NCBI GenBank assembly: GCA_951406725.2
Contig: OX597823.1
Location: 109,616,001-109,680,000 of the forward strand
Origin: Octopus vulgaris
Lineage: Eukaryota
Length of the DNA: 64,000 bases
Direction: 5' to 3'
Positions 55,490 to 64,000 of the stretch are shown piece after piece. How positions within the stretch are numbered: the stretch's first letter is position 1; each line of letters starts with the position of its first letter. Below the pieces are notes generated by a model that had not been told where the DNA came from, made no database searches, and saw only the letters and a program-made list of their open reading frames with translations. The translations under genes were made by a program, and so were the position numbers.

Positions 55490-56226
55490 TTTGTGTGTGT
55501 GGTTCTGTGTGTGTCTGGTTGTGTGCTGTGTGTTTATCTTTCTGTATGTGTTTGTCCCTCCACCATCGCTTGACAATTTGTGTCACTTAGCGATTCGGTA
55601 AAAGGAAACCGACTGAACGAGTACCATACTTAAAAGTATATACTAAGGTCGATTTTTTTTTCCACTGACCTCATCAAAGTGGTGCACTAGCATAATCGCT
55701 ATCCAGTGACTAGGACAAATAAAATATTGTCTATGTTGAAATGTGAGAGCATATTTATGTATATTTATATCTTCCTTTCTTTCCATCTGTATGTCCGTCG
55801 GTGTGCATTGATAGATGTATGTATATAAAGACAAAACCTATGGCTTGAGGTTAGAGTGTTTGTCTCGTTATAATAAACTCAATGGTTCACTTCTTGGATC
55901 GGGTGTCGCGCTGCTTTTTTGAGCAAGGTGCTACGTACGTGCTCTCGCCACTCTCTGAATAGATACGTTATTCAAGCCAATGATCTTTAAAAGGGAGCAT
56001 CCCCAAGCAATGGCAGTCTCCGCAACATCTCTCTGGTTGTCACATCCTGATCTGTGTCAAGAGTTATGGTGTCGAGAGGGTGGGTGAGTGTTTCTGCTCG
56101 CCACTACACAAGCTTTATGACAATCATAGAACGCATAATACACATTATCAATTCATATTCGCTATTTGCGTGCAACGAATGGCTAGTCTTATACGTATAT
56201 ACCTATATGCCTGCCTACAAATATGC

Positions 56227-56264
<38 letters not shown>

Positions 56265-56389
56265 CGGGAAAGTTTATGAAAATAAACAAAAGACAAAGGC
56301 AGGTGGAGTACAAATAAACAAATGTATTAGTATGGCGCTCAGGAATAGAAATAGAACAAGTCTTTTACGTTTCGAGCCTACGCATATGC

Positions 56390-59312
<2,923 letters not shown>

Positions 59313-59842
59313 CTTAAAATATAGAAAAGTTAAGAAGGTTGTTATTAAATATATATATTTTTAAAAATACATAAACAAAATACGTATTTGTATTCAAATT
59401 GAATTTAATATCAATACTTTGTTTAAATTAAGTATGAAATACTCAGAACTTAACCATTTATTTTGCGTTTATATGTCATATATATGTAGATTACATACAT
59501 ATATTGACACTCCTTCTCTTAAAGGTCAAGGGAGCTAACCGTTGTAGCTCTGACTAAGACAGCAAAAAATAAATGAGTTGTCACAAAGTCCTCGATATTA
59601 TAGCGATATTGTCTTTAGAGATCTATTTTTATACATTTAAATATAATGCGAAACGTTGCATTAATGCACATACATGTGTGTGTTAGTGTTGGTGTGTGTG
59701 TGTTTGTGTCTGTGTGTGAGTGTTTACGTAATAAATTATATAGTCATTAAAATCGCTCCAGACATCAAGCCTGATGTTTCATATGTCTTCCGGATCAAAC
59801 TTTGGAGAAGTTTACATCCATATTTACATACATGCATACATA

Positions 59843-59900
<58 letters not shown>

Positions 59901-60419
59901 CTATATACATGTAGACATACCAATATCTCTATATCTCTCTCCCTATATGTATATATATATATATATTCATTTATTTTTATACATATTTATTTATTTATAT
60001 TTACATATATATATATATTATATATATATATATTTATATATAGATAGATATATATAGATATATGTATATATATGTATATATATATACATATATATACACA
60101 CACATGCAAACATTTCTGTGTATTTGTGTGCATGTGATGGTAGGAAAACTTGAAAGCGAAATTGGATGAAGGGAAATCCTTGCATTATTTACGAAAGAAC
60201 CATTCTTAAAATGGTGGCCCGAGAAACCACCTTAATACGACATGCAGGCTGTTTGATATTGGGTGGGTCATTCATCTGTCAAATATTCCAAAGTGCGATC
60301 ACATGGGATATGTAGTTGAGATGGATATATGTAAATATTTACATAAACGACCATTCAAATCTAGGATTTGTCTTGTTGTGTATAATTGCATATGTACGTA
60401 TATATATGTATATATACAC

Positions 60420-60809
60420 TTTTACTTGTTTCAGTCATTTGACTGCAGTCATGCTGGAGCTACGCTTTTAGTCGAGCACATCGACCCCAGGATTCATTCT
60501 TTGTAAGCCTAGTACTTATTCTATCGGTTTCTTTCGCCGAATCGCTAGGTGACGGGGACGTAAACACACCAGCGTCGGTTTTCAAGCTATGTTGGGGTGG
60601 GGGCAAACACAGGCACACAAACATATACGCATACATACATATATACGACGGTGTTCTTTCAATTTCCGTCTACCAAATCCACTCAAAAGGCTTTGGTCAG
60701 CCCGAGGCTATAGTAGAAGACACCTGCCCAACGTGCCACGCAGTGGGACTGAACCCGGAACCATGTGGTTGGTAATCAAGCTACTTACCACACAGCCACT
60801 CCTGAGCCT
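60420..60809 (-). mobile_element. Full-length tRNA/CORE-like SINE
   Basis: Collinear with 30590-31049. Confidence 0.9.
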
Positions 60810-60855
60810 ACACACACACACAAACACATACATATATATATATGTATGTATATAT

Positions 60856-61205
<350 letters not shown>

Positions 61206-61244
61206 CTATCTGTATGTATGCGTGTGTGTGTTTCTTTATACGTA

Positions 61245-61642
61245 TGTTATTATTTAGTTTTAATATAAGATTTACCAAAAGTGAAAGAACCAGTTTCTAA
61301 CGTAGATCCAATGCTCCTTCACTGGAATTTAAACATCCACAACAAGGTATTTTTGTATGCGTGTATGTATGTATGTATAAGTGCCAATGTGAATGTTTTC
61401 TTTTATGCATGTCTTCTCATGCATATACGTGCATATCTAGACATGCTCATATATTTAAATGATAAACTTCTGGAGAAATTTTACAGAATTTTACAGTTCC
61501 TGTGATGGATTGGATGTGTGGTCTTCAAATCAGCATTCTTCATTCTGGTTTGGTATTTAGGCAGTGTGTTACATATCCCAGAGACCCCAATAATTACAGG
61601 AATAAACCTGAACTTGTAATCTGAATTGAATAACTACAGATT
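61245..61642 (-). mobile_element. RLE-type (R4/Dong-like) LINE 3' fragment
   Basis: Reverse strand DYKFRFIPVIIG..LGYVTHCLNT...IQSITGTVKFCK; 3'UTR motif at 61287-61302; abuts (TATG)n. Confidence 0.75.
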
Positions 61643-61839
61643 TGTATGTATGTATGTATGTATGTATGTATGTATGTATGTATGTATGTATGTATGTAGG
61701 TAGGTAGGTAGGTTGGTAAGTAGGTATGTAGTCAAGCAGGCAGGCGAGCAGATAGATAGGTGGATAGGTAGGTAGGCAGACAAGCAGGCAGGTATATATC
61801 TGTATTTATATTTGTATTTGTAGTTGTATATATTTGTAT

Positions 61840-62145
61840 TTTTTCATTGCACTTTGTATTATATTTGTGTAACAACGTCTGTCTTTCCGTCCTTGTTTTC
61901 GTATACATTCGAGGCTTTCTTGCAAGGAATCTAATGCTCTTAGCTTAGCTTTTCCTTGGGGCTGGCCAGATTGGACCAATCTCAAGTTAAATCAGCCGAA
62001 ATTGCGAGGATGATACGGTTCTTGACTGAGGATAGGAAGCTTCGAATGACCCGTCCTTGTTTTTTGTATCGTCTATCTGGATGTCTTGTTGTCCCTTTTA
62101 GTATCATCTAGTTGTCGGGATGTTTTGTGTTTTTGTCCCACTTTG

Positions 62146-62150
<5 letters not shown>
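61840..62150. mobile_element. Inverted copy of the 19372-19730 repeat, ending in (TA)n
   Basis: ggggctggccagattggaccaatctcaag..cagccgaaattgcgaggatgat..ttcttgactgaggataggaagcttcgaatgacccgtcc. Confidence 0.75.
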
Positions 62151-62184
<34 letters not shown>

Positions 62185-62199
62185 TAGGTAGGGAGGTAG

Positions 62200-62720
62200 G
62201 TATTATGTTCTCTTCTGTTTTTATTTGAATCATTTGAATACATTCATTAAGGACGGAGCTGGTTTCTAACAAACATACAAAGTCCCATCGTTTGGATGTA
62301 CATAATTACGTGTATAGCAATGTCATATTTTGAACTTGAGAAAAAAGTTTTTCTAACTTTTACTCTTCCACTTGTAGATTGTAATGTGCGGGTTAGTCTC
62401 AATTTCTTTTTCTGAAACCCTTGCTTATACAAATTGTCCCATAGTCATTTCGTCACAGTACAAAGTGCTTCAATTTTGACTCGCACAAATGTGAATTTAA
62501 TATGTGGACATAGAAACTTGTAGTTTGGACGCATTTATCTGTAGTTTTCCTCTTTATCTTTCACTTTTAGAGGGATACTCATTAAGGCTTGGCAGCTAAT
62601 TTTTCAGACGGTACATACTTTCTCTCCTCTGTCTTAAACAACAGAATCCGGGCTGTTATGTTGGTACTTAACATTTCTTTTTTTTTATGGGAGTTCTCCA
62701 CCAGTTTTAACTGTGTTGGC
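62200..62720 (-). mobile_element. Older RLE-type (R4/Dong-like) LINE 3' fragment
   Basis: Reverse strand HNSPDSVV*DRGEKVCTV..ISC...KVKDKEENY...KFTFVRVKIEALCTVTK..SGRVKVRKTF (cf. HNRPDIVVWD..E..K.Y..IIGALG); 3'UTR motif at 62255-62271. Confidence 0.7.
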
Positions 62721-62757
62721 GTTTGAGTATGTCTTCAATAACAGGGCGATACTTTTA

Positions 62758-63049
62758 CCTTTTATCTTTTTCTTGTTTCGGCAATTAGACCGCGGCCACG
62801 CTGAAGCATCGCTTTGCATTTTTAGCCGAATGAATCCACCCCCAGTACTTACTTTCAAGGCCTGGTACTTATAATGTCCACCTCTTTTGCCGAACAGCTA
62901 AATTACGGGGATGCAAACTTACCAATACTGCTTGACAAGAGGTGATGGGGTGACAAACACCGACAAAAAGACACACATGCATGCATGTATACATACATAC
63001 ATACATACACACATAAATACATACATACATACATACATACATACATACA

Positions 63050-63085
<36 letters not shown>

Positions 63086-63250
63086 CGACGGTCTTCTCTC
63101 AGATTCCGCCAAACAAATACAGTCACAAGGCCTCGGTCGGCCCGAGGCTACTGCAGAAAACACTTGCCCAACATGCCATGCAGTGGGACTCAACAGGGAA
63201 TCATGTGGTTCGTAAACAAGCTTCCTACCACACAGTCACTAAACCACGCC
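62758..63250 (-). mobile_element. Diverged full-length CORE-like SINE with internal (TACA)n; a partial plus-strand copy follows at 63515-63720
   Basis: ggtcggcccgaggctactgcagaaaacacttgcccaacatgccatgcagtgggactcaac..ctaccacacagtcact. Confidence 0.75.
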
Positions 63251-64000
63251 ACATGTCGCAAGATGAGGTACTGCCCTGATGAGGTACAGCTGCTTATCAC
63301 ATGTGTGATATCTTCCGCACAATATGAAATAATCTACATTTTCTGTTATATCTTGCAATTCGAATAACTTCACCATCTCTTTTTCTTAGTTTATAAATAC
63401 TTAGCCCTCGCAGTGTGATGTGGCAAAACCTTGTTCCAGAGAGGCTGCGCTTCATGTCGGTATTGTTGTCTTCTCCAGGTCTTAGGGGAAGCCATACCCT
63501 TACTGTCTCTTTTTGTTCCCTCAGCCACCACCGCTTGAGAAATATTGATGGTGTGTTGACGTGCCGTAACATAGCGGCGCGGCAAAAGATTTGATAGAAT
63601 AAATATCAGGCTTAAAAAATAAGCACTAAGGTCAATTCTTGCGATTCAAATTCTTCAAGGCATTGCCCCAGCATGGCCGCAGTCTAACAACTGAAATGTG
63701 TAAAGGTAAAATGTAAAATATAGATACACACACACATATTGGTATGTACGCATGTATTCTTGCATGCATGTATGTATATAATCATGTATGCATGTATGTA
63801 TGTAAGTATGTATGCATTTTCCTTTCTCTGGTGTGCAAAAATAATGGTCTAGATCTATTTGAACGCATTTACTTATACAATCATGCACGCTATACCCTAA
63901 CACACGTGCATTCGGCAGCTCAGAAGCCATAATTTACATTACCATTCACTTCCCTACGCATATATATCTATTCACATCTTCTCGTACTCACATACACGCA

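Larger units (their letters stand above)
54652..55725 (+). mobile_element. Old CORE-like SINE split by insertions in its internal (TA)n (head 54652-54782, tail 55490-55725)
   Basis: Head ggatggttaagaacctcg..ttcaagttcagtcccattg; tail tgtgtttgtccctccaccatcgcttgacaa..cttagcgattcggtaaaagg. Confidence 0.6.

Noticed and set aside
63262-63330. CTGATGAG hammerhead core
   Set aside because: No stem II plus GAAA or stem I partner at the right spacing.

Overview
AT-rich animal genomic DNA, most likely an octopod cephalopod (Octopus-like); this is inferred from the tRNA-derived SINE families and the extreme microsatellite load. I find no host protein-coding exon I can support: nearly all ORFs in the track are translated microsatellites. 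The window reads as a large intron or gene desert made of (TA)n/(TAA)n/(GATA)n/(TACA)n/(GAT-GGT)n arrays, many SINE copies, decayed RTE and R4/Dong-type LINEs, mariner relics (one split in-frame by a pogo-like MITE), a non-autonomous Helitron, a probable 5S-derived relic, and unique-sequence islands with developmental TF motifs. The most interesting signal is a recurring short non-coding cassette embedded in (TA)-type microsatellites: a long fold-back with a minimal type-I hammerhead ribozyme motif (palindromic stem III, as in Penelope-like elements) in its loop or apex. It occurs at about 10.73-10.98 kb (compensatory U3-A8 core), 20.29-20.71 kb and 54.98-55.37 kb (124/125-bp inverted arms, predicted cut 2 nt before the right arm). 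All calls are by eye; no database search or folding program was run.
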